Part shown: piece after piece, positions 20,719 through 30,409 of the stretch
How positions within the stretch are numbered: position 1 is the stretch's first letter
Layout of the letters: each line of letters starts with the position of its first letter
Source of the DNA: Nanobdellota archaeon
GTDB lineage: Archaea > Nanobdellota > Nanobdellia > Woesearchaeales > SM23-78
DNA length: 64,000 bases
Assembly (NCBI GenBank): GCA_018819305.1
Contig: JAHJQO010000014.1
Location: forward strand, 34,832 to 98,831
Direction: 5' to 3'
The notes under the pieces: generated by a model
Told to the model about the DNA's origin: nothing
Database searches by the model: none
The model's input: the letters and a program-made list of their open reading frames with translations, nothing else
Made by a program: the position numbers and the translations under genes

Positions 20719-21102
20719 TTACCACAACTTGTGTGTTATGTGCTTGTAAATCACAAGCTGCATGTGCTTCTTCTCCTTTGCTCCTGCAAGTTTTTGTGCC
20801 AGTTCCATATCCTTAAAAATGTCTTCTATCCAATTTGCAAAGTCATTTTTGTCAGATGTTACATGATGGTCAAACACATGTTCCTCAATCTCATCCATCA
20901 CATCTGCCAGTTCTTTGACATTTTTCACAGGCTGGCCATTGCACAGAACAAAGTAATTCATTTCTGGCGCATCTTTGCAAATATCTGGTTTTTTCTGTAT
21001 TGTCGTCTTTGTGTCAGTTGTCTGTGTTGTTGGTTTCTTTTTGCCAGTTGTTTTCTTTTTAGGAGGTCGTCCTCTTTTTCTTTTCTTTGTTGTTGTAGGC
21101 AT
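20719..21102 (-). CDS. Small protein with an N-terminal AT-hook-like basic tail (KRKRGRPPKKK) plus the conserved WF...NDFANWIE domain.
   Basis: The GRP core of the AT-hook is flanked by K/R residues. The C-terminal domain aligns with 20003..20650 and 2627..2914. Confidence 0.4.
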   Translation of the reverse strand: MPTTTKKRKRGRPPKKKTTGKKKPTTQTTDTKTTIQKKPDICKDAPEMNYFVLCNGQPVKNVKELADVMDEIEEHVFDHHVTSDKNDFANWIEDIFKDMELAQKLAGAKEKKHMQLVIYKHITHKLW

Positions 21103-21143
21103 ACTCTTTTACCTCATCTCAATTTTTTCAATTTTTTAATAAA

Positions 21144-22463
21144 CTACTCAATTTTTGACAAGCTAATTTCAGGATCAATAAGTGTTAAACTGGGAGTCTC
21201 GCTTATCATATTGTGTGAAAACTCCACTTGTGTTGTTTGAGCATAAGTAAGCTTCTTGTCTTCACTTTGCTTTTGTTTTTGCAACTCTCGCACTCTGATA
21301 ATAATATCATTCAGCACATTCATAAAAGTGATAAAACCTTCATAAGGCGTATCATAGGGATTAAAGTATTTGTGAACATCTCCATCAGAAAACCACTTGA
21401 TGCACATGTAATAGAAGTGGTCACTTGTTGTGAGCTTTCTCCAGTCACTTAATAATGCAGGGTCGCCTGTTTTTTTTACAATAGTCCCAATCTTATAGAG
21501 TTCTTGAGCAGCAGAGTTCTGCAAAGAATTTCCAAGCCATGCACTAAGGTCTCTTTCAACATCGGCCCAAGACATAAAATTATGAATATCAAGCTCTGCC
21601 ACAGAAGGATATTTCTCAGCCGCCTCACTCACTGTTACAAAATCATTATCAGGATGTTTTAAGATTTCTTCAGGCAGTTTTTCCATGAATTCAAAGATTC
21701 CTGTATCTTCCCACTGGTGCTCTCCAAAAGTCTCATAATCCATGAATAAATTGATTAAATGCCCATTTCCATTATTTTCAGATATCCAGCGTCCATATTT
21801 CTCAACTGTTAATGGATGTTCGTTCCATCCTTTGTTGCTAAATCTAAATGCAACATCATCACTAAGCTTGTAGTTCTTTAGCAGAAGTTTCATGTTTTCT
21901 GCTGTTTTAGGAGTATAAATAAAATTTGGGCTTTTCCAGCCGAGAATATGGTCTGCGCCTTCTGCTAAAATCGCATTATAACCCATGCCTTGCACAAAAT
22001 TTGCCAACTCATTATTATAAACCAACTCTGTATTTCTAAAAACTTTTGGCTCCTGATCAAACAAATCTTTTATTTTTTGCTTGTGCATTAATACCTGCTG
22101 TTTGAATTCTTGTTTATCAAAGAGAAATGATAATGAGTGATGATATGTTTCACTTAAAAACTCTACTTGGCCTGTTTTTGCCAGCTCTCTGAATGAATGA
22201 AGCACTTCAGGTGCGTATTTTTCAAATTGTTCAAGAGCAACCCCTGAAATTGAAAAACTCACTTTAAATTTTCCTTCGTGCCTCTTTATGAGTTTGAGAA
22301 GCAGTTTGTTTGTTGGCAAATAGCATTTTTTAGCTACTTTTTTTATTATTTCCTTGTTTTTTTCTTCATCAAAATAATCTGAATTATTACCTATGTCAAA
22401 TACACTGTATTTTTTCAGCCTAAAAGGCTGGTGTACTTGGAAATAAAAACAAACCGATACCAT
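21144..22463 (-). CDS. Glycoside hydrolase family 57 (alpha-amylase/4-alpha-glucanotransferase-like).
   Basis: N-terminal CFYFQVHQPFR (GH57 HQP motif) and Glu-containing conserved blocks (DYETFGEHQWE). Confidence 0.6.
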   Translation of the reverse strand: MVSVCFYFQVHQPFRLKKYSVFDIGNNSDYFDEEKNKEIIKKVAKKCYLPTNKLLLKLIKRHEGKFKVSFSISGVALEQFEKYAPEVLHSFRELAKTGQVEFLSETYHHSLSFLFDKQEFKQQVLMHKQKIKDLFDQEPKVFRNTELVYNNELANFVQGMGYNAILAEGADHILGWKSPNFIYTPKTAENMKLLLKNYKLSDDVAFRFSNKGWNEHPLTVEKYGRWISENNGNGHLINLFMDYETFGEHQWEDTGIFEFMEKLPEEILKHPDNDFVTVSEAAEKYPSVAELDIHNFMSWADVERDLSAWLGNSLQNSAAQELYKIGTIVKKTGDPALLSDWRKLTTSDHFYYMCIKWFSDGDVHKYFNPYDTPYEGFITFMNVLNDIIIRVRELQKQKQSEDKKLTYAQTTQVEFSHNMISETPSLTLIDPEISLSKIE

Positions 22464-22511
22464 ATTTAATTGTCACCTTTTTTATTGTCTTGTTTATTAT
22501 TTATTATCATA

Positions 22512-23753
22512 TTACCGGTTACCTGCTAGTTCTTTGTAAATATCCATGCATTTTTGTGCGGGTCCTTCCCAAGTCATGTTTCTGACTTCCAAGGCTCCGT
22601 GTTGTTTGATTTGCTGATGTAATGACCTGTAATGTAATAGTGCTAATGTTTTTGCTGCGATATCATTCACATCCCAAAAGTCAACCTTAAGTACATGGTT
22701 AAGGACTTCTGAAACTCCTGACTGTCTTGATATTATTGCTGGTGTTTCCTGCCACATTGCTTCAAGCGGCACCAATCCAAATGGTTCTGATACAGATGGC
22801 ATAACAAACACATCAGCAATCTTGTTAAGCTTTGCAACTTCATCTCGGGATACAAAGCCAGGAAATATGAATTTATTAGCAATACCAATCTCTGCTACGC
22901 GCTCTATCATTCTAGGAAGCATGTCTCCTGTGCCAGCCATTATGAACTTAACATTTTGGTCTTTTTCAAGCACTTTTCTGGCTGCTTCAACAAAATAATC
23001 AGGTCCTTTTTGTAGAGTTATCCTACCAATAAAAAGCACGATTTTGTCTGTTTCTTTTATTTTGCTTGCATCATGGTCTGCGGTTTCATCCATCATCTCT
23101 GCTGCGTTGTGCACAACCCTAATTTTTTCTTCTGGCACACCATAATTGTTCATAAGCCGTTGTTTTACGAAATTACTGACAACAATCACTAAATCTGCTG
23201 CATGCATGCCTTCGCGCTCCATATCATACACTCTCTGGTTAACTCCTGTGCCTCCGGTTTTGTCAAACTCAGTTATATGAACATGAACAATCAATGGCTT
23301 ACCAGATGCTTTTTTTGCTGCTATTGCAGCTGGAAATGTCCAATGATCATGCGCATGAATCACATCAAAATCTTCATTAAATGCAATTAACCTTACTTTT
23401 CTTGCAAATAGCTGAGCTTCTTGAAATACATTTGGACCATACAATGATTTTGAGCGGTCTTTGGATGAAAGTGAAGCAAGGTATTTCTGATAATCTTCCC
23501 CATAACTCTCAGGTGTTGTATAAGCTCCAATCAGTGTTTCAACTTCTTTTAGCTTAAATCTCAGCTTTGGAAATAAGTGGTCTGCTACCATTATTTTCAT
23601 GTAGCCGCTGCATATCATCCGCGGACCAAATGGCATGACATAAGTCACATCAACTCCATGATCACATAGAGCTTTGGTCAGATGATAGCAAACCATTCCT
23701 ACTCCGCCTGCAAAAAAAGGCGGCAATTCCCATCCTAACATTAATACTTTCAA
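22512..23753 (-). CDS. GT-B glycosyltransferase (GT4/GT5, archaeal glycogen-synthase-like).
   Basis: N-terminal MKVLMLGWELPPFFAGGVGMV (the GGLG-type motif of GT5/GT4). The C-terminal half has an E-x7-E-like region (EPFGLVPLEAM). Confidence 0.6.
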   Translation of the reverse strand: MKVLMLGWELPPFFAGGVGMVCYHLTKALCDHGVDVTYVMPFGPRMICSGYMKIMVADHLFPKLRFKLKEVETLIGAYTTPESYGEDYQKYLASLSSKDRSKSLYGPNVFQEAQLFARKVRLIAFNEDFDVIHAHDHWTFPAAIAAKKASGKPLIVHVHITEFDKTGGTGVNQRVYDMEREGMHAADLVIVVSNFVKQRLMNNYGVPEEKIRVVHNAAEMMDETADHDASKIKETDKIVLFIGRITLQKGPDYFVEAARKVLEKDQNVKFIMAGTGDMLPRMIERVAEIGIANKFIFPGFVSRDEVAKLNKIADVFVMPSVSEPFGLVPLEAMWQETPAIISRQSGVSEVLNHVLKVDFWDVNDIAAKTLALLHYRSLHQQIKQHGALEVRNMTWEGPAQKCMDIYKELAGNR

Positions 23754-24293
23754 ATTTATTTCTCACCCTCTTTTTCCTGGAAAAAATCTAAAAAAATGAT
23801 TTTTTAATTTATTTTTCTTTTTTGGAAAAATATTCAAAAATCTTTGATTTTTGTTTTGTTTTTATTTGAGTTAATTGTTTTGTTTTAATAGTTTGAATTT
23901 AATAATTAATTAAGTATTTTTCATTGACTTTTTGTTATTTTTTTATTATTTTTATCGACGGTAAAAAATCAGTTATTTTTTTATTTATTTCTTTATTTTA
24001 TTTATTTTTATTCATTATTTATTTATTGTTTATCATGATTTAATTATGGCTTGATTTTTATTTTTCATAGTATTATCTTTAGATTATTTTTTATTAATAT
24101 AGCTCTTTTTTTTAATAATAACTTATTCACCTGCACCCCGAAATCCGATTATTAATAATTATTAATAAGATGTATTTATTTCTTTATAAATGTTGTTTAT
24201 ATAGACGACATATAATAATTTTGAAACTTATTAAGTTATTAAATAAAGTAAAATCAAAAGATTTATAAAGAAGAAGAACAAAAAAATTATATC

Positions 24294-24968
24294 GTGGATA
24301 CTGAAGAGTTGTTGTCAAAAAGCAGATGGAAGATTCTCAAAGAGCTAGCTAAAGCACCAAGGTCTGCTGTTGAGATTGCAAAGAAAACAAGCCAGAGTGT
24401 TGCTAATGTCACACAGCAGTTGCAGCTGCTAGAAGCATATCATCTGATTAAAAAGGCAAGTGATGAAAAAGACCCAAAAGAGCATAAACCAGGAAAACCA
24501 AAGACAAGATACTTATTAAGTCAGGAAATACTGCTAACAACAGTGCTAAAGTCTGGAATAGCTGAAAAAAAAGTATTAAAATTCAAAGAGGCAGATGACT
24601 TTCAAAAATTCCTTATAAACCTGTTTTTTATTATTGATCCTGAGTATCACAATCATCTTATTAAGTTCGTTAGCATTACAGATATGATACAAAAAGCAGA
24701 CACAATAGCATATTTGAAATCAGGTGAAAAAGAAATCGAGATAATGATAATCACAGAACACATCAAAGAAGTTAGGGAAAAATACAGCAACATGAATGTT
24801 GTTGGGTTTGATGGCAAAACCAAAAAGATTATAAGCTGGAGTCACAATAAAAAAGAAGTCGAAGAAGGGTTGGAAAGAAAAGAAGAATATTTTATTAATT
24901 TAGTAAAAAACAGCATTGTGCTGCTTGATAAAAAAGACTATTTAGCAGAATTAAAGCAAAAGCTGTAG
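24294..24968 (+). CDS. HTH (ArsR/wHTH-like) transcriptional regulator. GTG start as listed.
   Basis: N-terminal SRWKILKELAKAPRSAVEIAKKTSQSVANVTQQLQLLEAYHLIKK is a winged-helix pattern. Confidence 0.45.
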   Translation: MDTEELLSKSRWKILKELAKAPRSAVEIAKKTSQSVANVTQQLQLLEAYHLIKKASDEKDPKEHKPGKPKTRYLLSQEILLTTVLKSGIAEKKVLKFKEADDFQKFLINLFFIIDPEYHNHLIKFVSITDMIQKADTIAYLKSGEKEIEIMIITEHIKEVREKYSNMNVVGFDGKTKKIISWSHNKKEVEEGLERKEEYFINLVKNSIVLLDKKDYLAELKQKL

Positions 24969-25007
24969 ATTTTTTGCAAAACTAAGAGGTGGGCGGAGCA
25001 GAATACC

Positions 25008-25292
25008 ATGAATAGGCTTGCAAAGCTCATAGACCGTCTTGATAAAGAAGACTTAGCACTGATTAAAAAAGACCTTGAATTTGGAAATATAGAAAAATTA
25101 ATAAACAAAAAGCTATTAGAAAAAAGAGAGGAATACTCAAATCAGATATGTCCTGTTTGTCAGTCAGACAACATGGAAGAGGGCTTTACATTAATATTTG
25201 GGCCAAAAGGCTTGCGAAAAAAAGCAAGTTTTTGCGCTCTTGATTGCTTGGAATATTTTTTGCAGAAATTAAAAGCTGATAAAAAACAGTGA
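25008..25292 (+). CDS. Small hypothetical protein with Cys pairs (possible Zn ribbon).
   Basis: CPVCQ ... CALDC. Confidence 0.3.
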   Translation: MNRLAKLIDRLDKEDLALIKKDLEFGNIEKLINKKLLEKREEYSNQICPVCQSDNMEEGFTLIFGPKGLRKKASFCALDCLEYFLQKLKADKKQ

Positions 25293-25603
25293 GGAAAAAC
25301 AACATGTGGGAACTTAAAAAAGAATTAGAAATGCGCAAAGAAAACCTGATTTATACTTTGCAAAGCAAAAAAGACTTCTTAGAACTAGAAAAACAACATC
25401 AAATATATGGTGCCATTAAAGAACTTGACCATATTTTAAAACTCTTTGAGAACTATAGAGAAGAGGAAATGCTTACAAAGCACAGAGCCATGGTTCTAAA
25501 CACATCTGAAACACATGAAGAGCCTGTTATGAAAAAAGTAGAAGAAAAAACAAAGAAATTTAAAATTCCTATTAGATTTAAGTTTGCAAAAGACGACGCT
25601 TAG
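25289..25603 (+). CDS. Small hypothetical protein (overlaps upstream stop).
   Basis: Coding-like composition and ATGA-type coupling to the upstream ORF. Confidence 0.3.
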   Translation: MRKNNMWELKKELEMRKENLIYTLQSKKDFLELEKQHQIYGAIKELDHILKLFENYREEEMLTKHRAMVLNTSETHEEPVMKKVEEKTKKFKIPIRFKFAKDDA

Positions 25604-25900
25604 CACGCATAAAAATTCTTCCATTGCGGGTTTCTAATTGCCTGTGGCAGACAGAATGTTCTTTATCATTTACTGTAATAAAATTATAAATTCTAGAATT
25701 ATTACTCTCTTGTAATGTTATAAATTCCAATTTTTACCCCTAAACTATGCTAGCAAACACGTATTTGTTTTTAAAGTTTATTGACTAGATATACGGAAAG
25801 GTATGTTAAGAGCGAAAACTATTTATATGATAAAAAAGTCCTTATTTACAGGGGGTGGAGGTAATATTCTCCAATTAGTTAAAAAACTCCTTGGCTAAAA

Positions 25901-26173
25901 ATGGATGAAGCTGAATTTGAAGAACTGATGCGAATACAAAGAATGACCCTTCGCACAGTCACAAATGAAAGTGAGACAGATGATAAAATAAAATTAATGA
26001 ATATAATCAACGATTTAGTTACTGATAAAAACAAAAAAATCCAAAAAGAAAGCATACTTCTAGAAGCCCAAGTTGAAGGCATGGCTGAAACAGAAATTGA
26101 ACGAATTCTTGGGCTTTTGAAAAGTGATAGATTTATAAGAGAAATTGAAGATGGATTCATAATAAGAATTTGA
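25901..26173 (+). CDS. Small hypothetical acidic protein.
   Basis: 90-aa ORF. The antisense 93-aa ORF at 25879..26160 is less protein-like. Confidence 0.25.
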   Translation: MDEAEFEELMRIQRMTLRTVTNESETDDKIKLMNIINDLVTDKNKKIQKESILLEAQVEGMAETEIERILGLLKSDRFIREIEDGFIIRI

Positions 26174-26193
26174 GCTTAAACTACTGTTCCTGC

Positions 26194-29100
26194 TTATTTC
26201 TTACCAAACCCAAACAAAGTCTGTTGGCTGCTGCCAGCAAGTATGTCATCAAAGGATTGGCCATAGAATCCAAGAACACTGTCTGCCAATGGCTTGATTT
26301 GCTTTTCAATATAATGCTCATAATCTATTTTATGCTTTTGCTTCTGGATTGGCTCAGGACCTGCTGTTGTCATCACATATTCAATCAAAGTTCCATCTAA
26401 TTCTTTGCCAAGCAGCCGCGCTGCTTTGACATGCGGAGGAGTTGTTTTTGTGTATTCTGCAACACCTTTTCTAATTGATTTTCTATAGATTAAGGATTTA
26501 TCATGCTTGCCATTTTTGATTTCTTCAACAATATTTTTTACATATTCTGCTACTTCTTGTTTTTTGAAAATCCTGTCCAAGAGTTCCTGCTGAAATTGTT
26601 TTGCAATATCTGTCCAGTCTTTGCGCACAAATTCAAGCCCTACAAAATCCATCTTTGTCTTGCCTTTTTCATCTTCAATAAAGCCTGCATATCTTTTTTT
26701 GCTGCCTTTTTCAGAATGCCTGGCCATTGGCATTAAGAATCTCTTGTAAACTTTTTCAAATTCCAGCTCAAGATAGTTTTTTCTTTTGTAATCCTTTTGC
26801 GTATGCTCTTCAAAAAACTTGTTCATTATTCTTGCTATTTTGTTGCCTATTTTTTGCGCATCAGCATAGTTATTGACATTGAGATTTACAAAAATTGAAT
26901 CAGTGTTATGAACTAGAACTCCATTAGCAAAAAATCTATGGTTGTCTTTTACTTCCAAATCATAAACATAATCTTTGTATAATATTTCTTCAACCCTTTT
27001 AACACTCGAGATATCAAAATCATACTTCCTTATGGTTCTCTTTTGCTTTGAATTGACAGGTATTTTTTTTAACCTTTTGTTTTTTCTATTTAAAACAAAA
27101 CCAACGAATTTATTATATGAAAGGATATCCCTTACTACGATATGCAAAGAAATTGTATCGCTCTTCACAGAACAGTACTTATTTTTATTTGTTTCAGAGA
27201 AAAACGAACAAGGAATACTTATGAGCTGCAATAATTTCTGAATTTGATTAATAAATTCCTTGTTTGTGTTTGTGAATCTAACTATGGGTGAACCATTCCT
27301 AATCATGACTGTGCCGTCAGCAGAAAAAAGCCCCCTTAAAAAGCTTGCAATATTTTCATTTGATTCATTGAAAATAAATTCAGGAATGCATTTATGTTTA
27401 TCACGTAAAAGATTTTCATTAAAAAAATAAACTATTTTAGTACCATTAATACAAATATCTCCTTTAGGCTTTTTCCAATAATTTCTTATCCAACCTTGAC
27501 TCTTTAGTGGAACAATAACTTTTCTAATAATCTCATTCTGATCCAAGCCTGCTGCTAAATGGAGATAGTAATTTTTCTTTTTCATAGAATCAAAAGAACC
27601 GTCACCAATAAACAACCCCATAAATTCATAAAACTCTTTAGAAAAACCTTTAGTAGTTATCTTTTGATGGGGAACCGATTTTATCGAAACAACACTTTTA
27701 ACATTTTTTCCTAACTCGTTAGGTTTTACTTCAACTAAACGATCCATATCAGAAAGTTTTGCTTTTTTTGATTTGTTAATATATCCAATCAAAGAATGAT
27801 CTTCAGTTACATCAACAAACCAAGAATTTGTAAGATATACCCTGTGCATTTTTTTATTAACTTTGTGTCGCATAACATAAGAAATTGGCTTAAAAACTGA
27901 TTTACCAGAAGAATCAATTGTTAAAACACTGTAAGGAATATTCAAAGAATACGACTTTCCATCAGATGATCTTTTATCAACTTTAAAAAAAATATCTGAA
28001 ATGTTTTTATACAAAACATTACCGTTCGCATCTTGAACAATAACTTCGCTATCAGCAGCAACACTGTCTCCATATATCACTTCATAGCCCATATCTTTGA
28101 CTTTCTGCGCAGTCATCTTTATGAAATGCTGGCCAAAATAAGTGATTGCATTTGAAATATCTCTATTGTGAAACCTGCAGTTGTTGTTGCCTAGCACACC
28201 ATAGAATGAATTCATTAGAATTTTTATTGCGAATCTTGCAAATTCATTTTTTTCTTTTCTTGCTTTTTCTCTTTGCGACCAAAGCCTTTGAATAATTATT
28301 GGCAACAGTCCATCCTGATTCTTAAAACAAGCTCCATTTGGTGCTTTAACAAGATTTTTTCCTTTACAGTCAGCTACAAAGCTCAATGGGTCAATATTAA
28401 ATGTCCTTATTATGCTCGGATACAGACTTTTGAAGTCGCACACAATCACATAATCATATATTCCTGGTTTTGGCTCCATTACAAACCCTCCTAAGCCAGG
28501 TGCTTCATCTGGATTATATGTGGATGTTCCTGCAACATAGTCTTTTTTTCTAAGTTCTTTAAGATAAAGCGAGTCAAGACTTGCAATACTTGCCCTGACA
28601 CGGTCCAATGGCATTCCTGTCAGCAATGAACGCTGGATTGAAAGGCTAAGTGCTGTGCTTTTGTAAAGAATATCATAAGCTAGTTTTGAATCCAGCAGAT
28701 TATAGTCCACCAAAAGCTGCTGGTCTTTTTTATATGCATTTTCAATTTGCTCAAATCTGTTTTTGCCTGTGAAAATCTTTGATGTTCCTAAGAAATGCTG
28801 TGCTGCTGTTTCCAGTTTATAATTTGGCAGTCCAATAAAATTGTTTTTTAGCACCTGAATGCCGTCAAGTATCATTCTGCCTGGAAAGTCAGCTCTTGAA
28901 TCCTGGAAAAATGAATTAAATATTCTTAATGAGCATTTCATGTTTCCTCTGCCCAGCAAGAAAGGTATGTTGTATTTACTAAATTTGTTTTCTAAAAATT
29001 TTAAGTCAAAGTCTATAAGATTCCATCCTGTGATAATGTCGGGATTGACTTTTAGCAATAATTCCTGGAATTTGAAAATCAATTCTTTTTCATCTGCCAC

Positions 29101-29673
29101 ACTGATTGCTTTTTTGAGCTTTTTGTCAGATATAATTATTACTTTTTTAAAATCATCAGTGTAAAGAGAAACAGCATAAATTTGCTTGTGAGTGATGTCG
29201 GTTTCTATGTCTATGGATAAAACTTTTAGGTTTTTAGGTGTATAATCTGCTGGCTTGAGCTCAGGATCTAAATAAACCCTGTCAATTTCTTCTCCTTTTG
29301 CATAATTACCCTCAATTTCAAGGCTTCCCTGAAACCTGTGGTCATACATAAACCTGTATTCAAAGCGAATGTCTGCTTCATAACAGGAAATATTTTGTTC
29401 CAAGAGTTTGTTTCTCAATGGTTTTATTTGTGGAGGAACATGCATTATTATTTTTACAACAGGCTCTTCATCAAAAGTCTTGTATTTGGTTTCCTTGTAA
29501 TCAAACTTTTCAATTTCCAGGGCTGTGTTTAAATCTGATTGTTTTATAAAAAAATAAGGCCTGAACTCATTGATTGTTAAGAAAGATTCTCCATTCTGCA
29601 ATCTGCCAAATAGATATACATAAGCTTTACCATCCTTTATCTTATAAGTAGGATGAACAATAAACCCCTTCAT
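26194..29673 (-). CDS. polB: Family B DNA polymerase (archaeal PolB) interrupted by one intein.
   Basis: Exo I LSIDIETD, motif A DFKSLYPSII, motif B KILMNSFYGVLG, motif C split as VIYGD | intein | TDSIFV. Extein total ~772 aa. Confidence 0.9.
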   Translation of the reverse strand: MKGFIVHPTYKIKDGKAYVYLFGRLQNGESFLTINEFRPYFFIKQSDLNTALEIEKFDYKETKYKTFDEEPVVKIIMHVPPQIKPLRNKLLEQNISCYEADIRFEYRFMYDHRFQGSLEIEGNYAKGEEIDRVYLDPELKPADYTPKNLKVLSIDIETDITHKQIYAVSLYTDDFKKVIIISDKKLKKAISVADEKELIFKFQELLLKVNPDIITGWNLIDFDLKFLENKFSKYNIPFLLGRGNMKCSLRIFNSFFQDSRADFPGRMILDGIQVLKNNFIGLPNYKLETAAQHFLGTSKIFTGKNRFEQIENAYKKDQQLLVDYNLLDSKLAYDILYKSTALSLSIQRSLLTGMPLDRVRASIASLDSLYLKELRKKDYVAGTSTYNPDEAPGLGGFVMEPKPGIYDYVIVCDFKSLYPSIIRTFNIDPLSFVADCKGKNLVKAPNGACFKNQDGLLPIIIQRLWSQREKARKEKNEFARFAIKILMNSFYGVLGNNNCRFHNRDISNAITYFGQHFIKMTAQKVKDMGYEVIYGDSVAADSEVIVQDANGNVLYKNISDIFFKVDKRSSDGKSYSLNIPYSVLTIDSSGKSVFKPISYVMRHKVNKKMHRVYLTNSWFVDVTEDHSLIGYINKSKKAKLSDMDRLVEVKPNELGKNVKSVVSIKSVPHQKITTKGFSKEFYEFMGLFIGDGSFDSMKKKNYYLHLAAGLDQNEIIRKVIVPLKSQGWIRNYWKKPKGDICINGTKIVYFFNENLLRDKHKCIPEFIFNESNENIASFLRGLFSADGTVMIRNGSPIVRFTNTNKEFINQIQKLLQLISIPCSFFSETNKNKYCSVKSDTISLHIVVRDILSYNKFVGFVLNRKNKRLKKIPVNSKQKRTIRKYDFDISSVKRVEEILYKDYVYDLEVKDNHRFFANGVLVHNTDSIFVNLNVNNYADAQKIGNKIARIMNKFFEEHTQKDYKRKNYLELEFEKVYKRFLMPMARHSEKGSKKRYAGFIEDEKGKTKMDFVGLEFVRKDWTDIAKQFQQELLDRIFKKQEVAEYVKNIVEEIKNGKHDKSLIYRKSIRKGVAEYTKTTPPHVKAARLLGKELDGTLIEYVMTTAGPEPIQKQKHKIDYEHYIEKQIKPLADSVLGFYGQSFDDILAGSSQQTLFGFGKK
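26905..28065 (-). mobile_element. Intein (387 aa) with a LAGLIDADG homing endonuclease domain, inserted in polymerase motif C (YGD|TDS, the pol-c site).
   Basis: The intein starts with Ser (S537) right after YGD and ends ...VLVHN, followed by +1 Thr (TDS). The two dodecapeptides are EFMGLFIGDGSF and ASFLRGLFSADGTV. Confidence 0.8.
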
Positions 29674-29779
29674 TACAAAGCGAGAGGCTGGAGAAGTTTA
29701 TATAGTTTTTTAATATATATTTTTAATATAGTTTTTCTCTATAGATTTTTAAGTTAAAATATTTTTTTTAAGTTATATA

Positions 29780-30409
29780 TTATTTCTTGTTTTCAAACTG
29801 CTGTTTCATAGCCTCTCTAAACATTCTTCCCATTGCACCACTCATCATTGCTCCTTTAGTCAGATTATGCATCTCAATTACAAGCTTAGGATTTTTCTTT
29901 TTTTTGCCTATTTCAGATACATAATCACAAATATTGCTAATTGTTCTTTTAGCCTCAACCTCTTTTTCATTAAAGGTATATAACTCAAGGTCTTTAAGAT
30001 AACCAAAGAACTCTTTTTTTTCATTATCATTTAGATTTGCTTTGTGTCTTATTATTTTACCAACTGTCTGGCCTGCTTTTATACCTACATAAGTAGCTAT
30101 TCCTGTTTCAGCAGCAAGAGTTAAGTAAGATAAGGAATTCAGATCTTGATTTGTGTTGACAACACTCACCAAAAAAGCGTTTCCCATTGAAACTGCAGCT
30201 TCTAATTTAGAACGAGCAGAATTTAATTTATCATATTTTTTAATATCATTCTTATCACATTCTTCTGTCTTGTCGCAGTCTTCACATCCTTTATTTGCAT
30301 ATTCTGCTAAATCATGACTAAAACCAATTTTTCTGTCAGTATAAAATCCAAAAGCAAAACCACTGGCAAAACCATAAGCAGCGCCTCCAATTATTCTTTC
30401 AAGAGTCAT
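29780..30409 (-). CDS. Hypothetical protein, last gene of the E1/JAMM/AAA operon.
   Basis: Gly-rich hydrophobic N-terminus (GGAAYGFASGFAFGF) and Cys cluster CEDCDKTEEC. The start overlaps the upstream gene stop. Confidence 0.35.
   Translation of the reverse strand: MTLERIIGGAAYGFASGFAFGFYTDRKIGFSHDLAEYANKGCEDCDKTEECDKNDIKKYDKLNSARSKLEAAVSMGNAFLVSVVNTNQDLNSLSYLTLAAETGIATYVGIKAGQTVGKIIRHKANLNDNEKKEFFGYLKDLELYTFNEKEVEAKRTISNICDYVSEIGKKKKNPKLVIEMHNLTKGAMMSGAMGRMFREAMKQQFENKK

Noticed and set aside
23754-24293. AT-rich region as the chromosomal replication origin.
   Set aside because: No Orc1/Cdc6 gene is adjacent and no ORB-type inverted repeats were recognised. It is kept only as a low-interest observation.
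25879-26160. 93-aa minus-strand ORF overlapping the 90-aa plus-strand ORF.
   Set aside because: It is Ser/Ile-rich and low-complexity. The plus-strand ORF has more protein-like composition. Both are weak.
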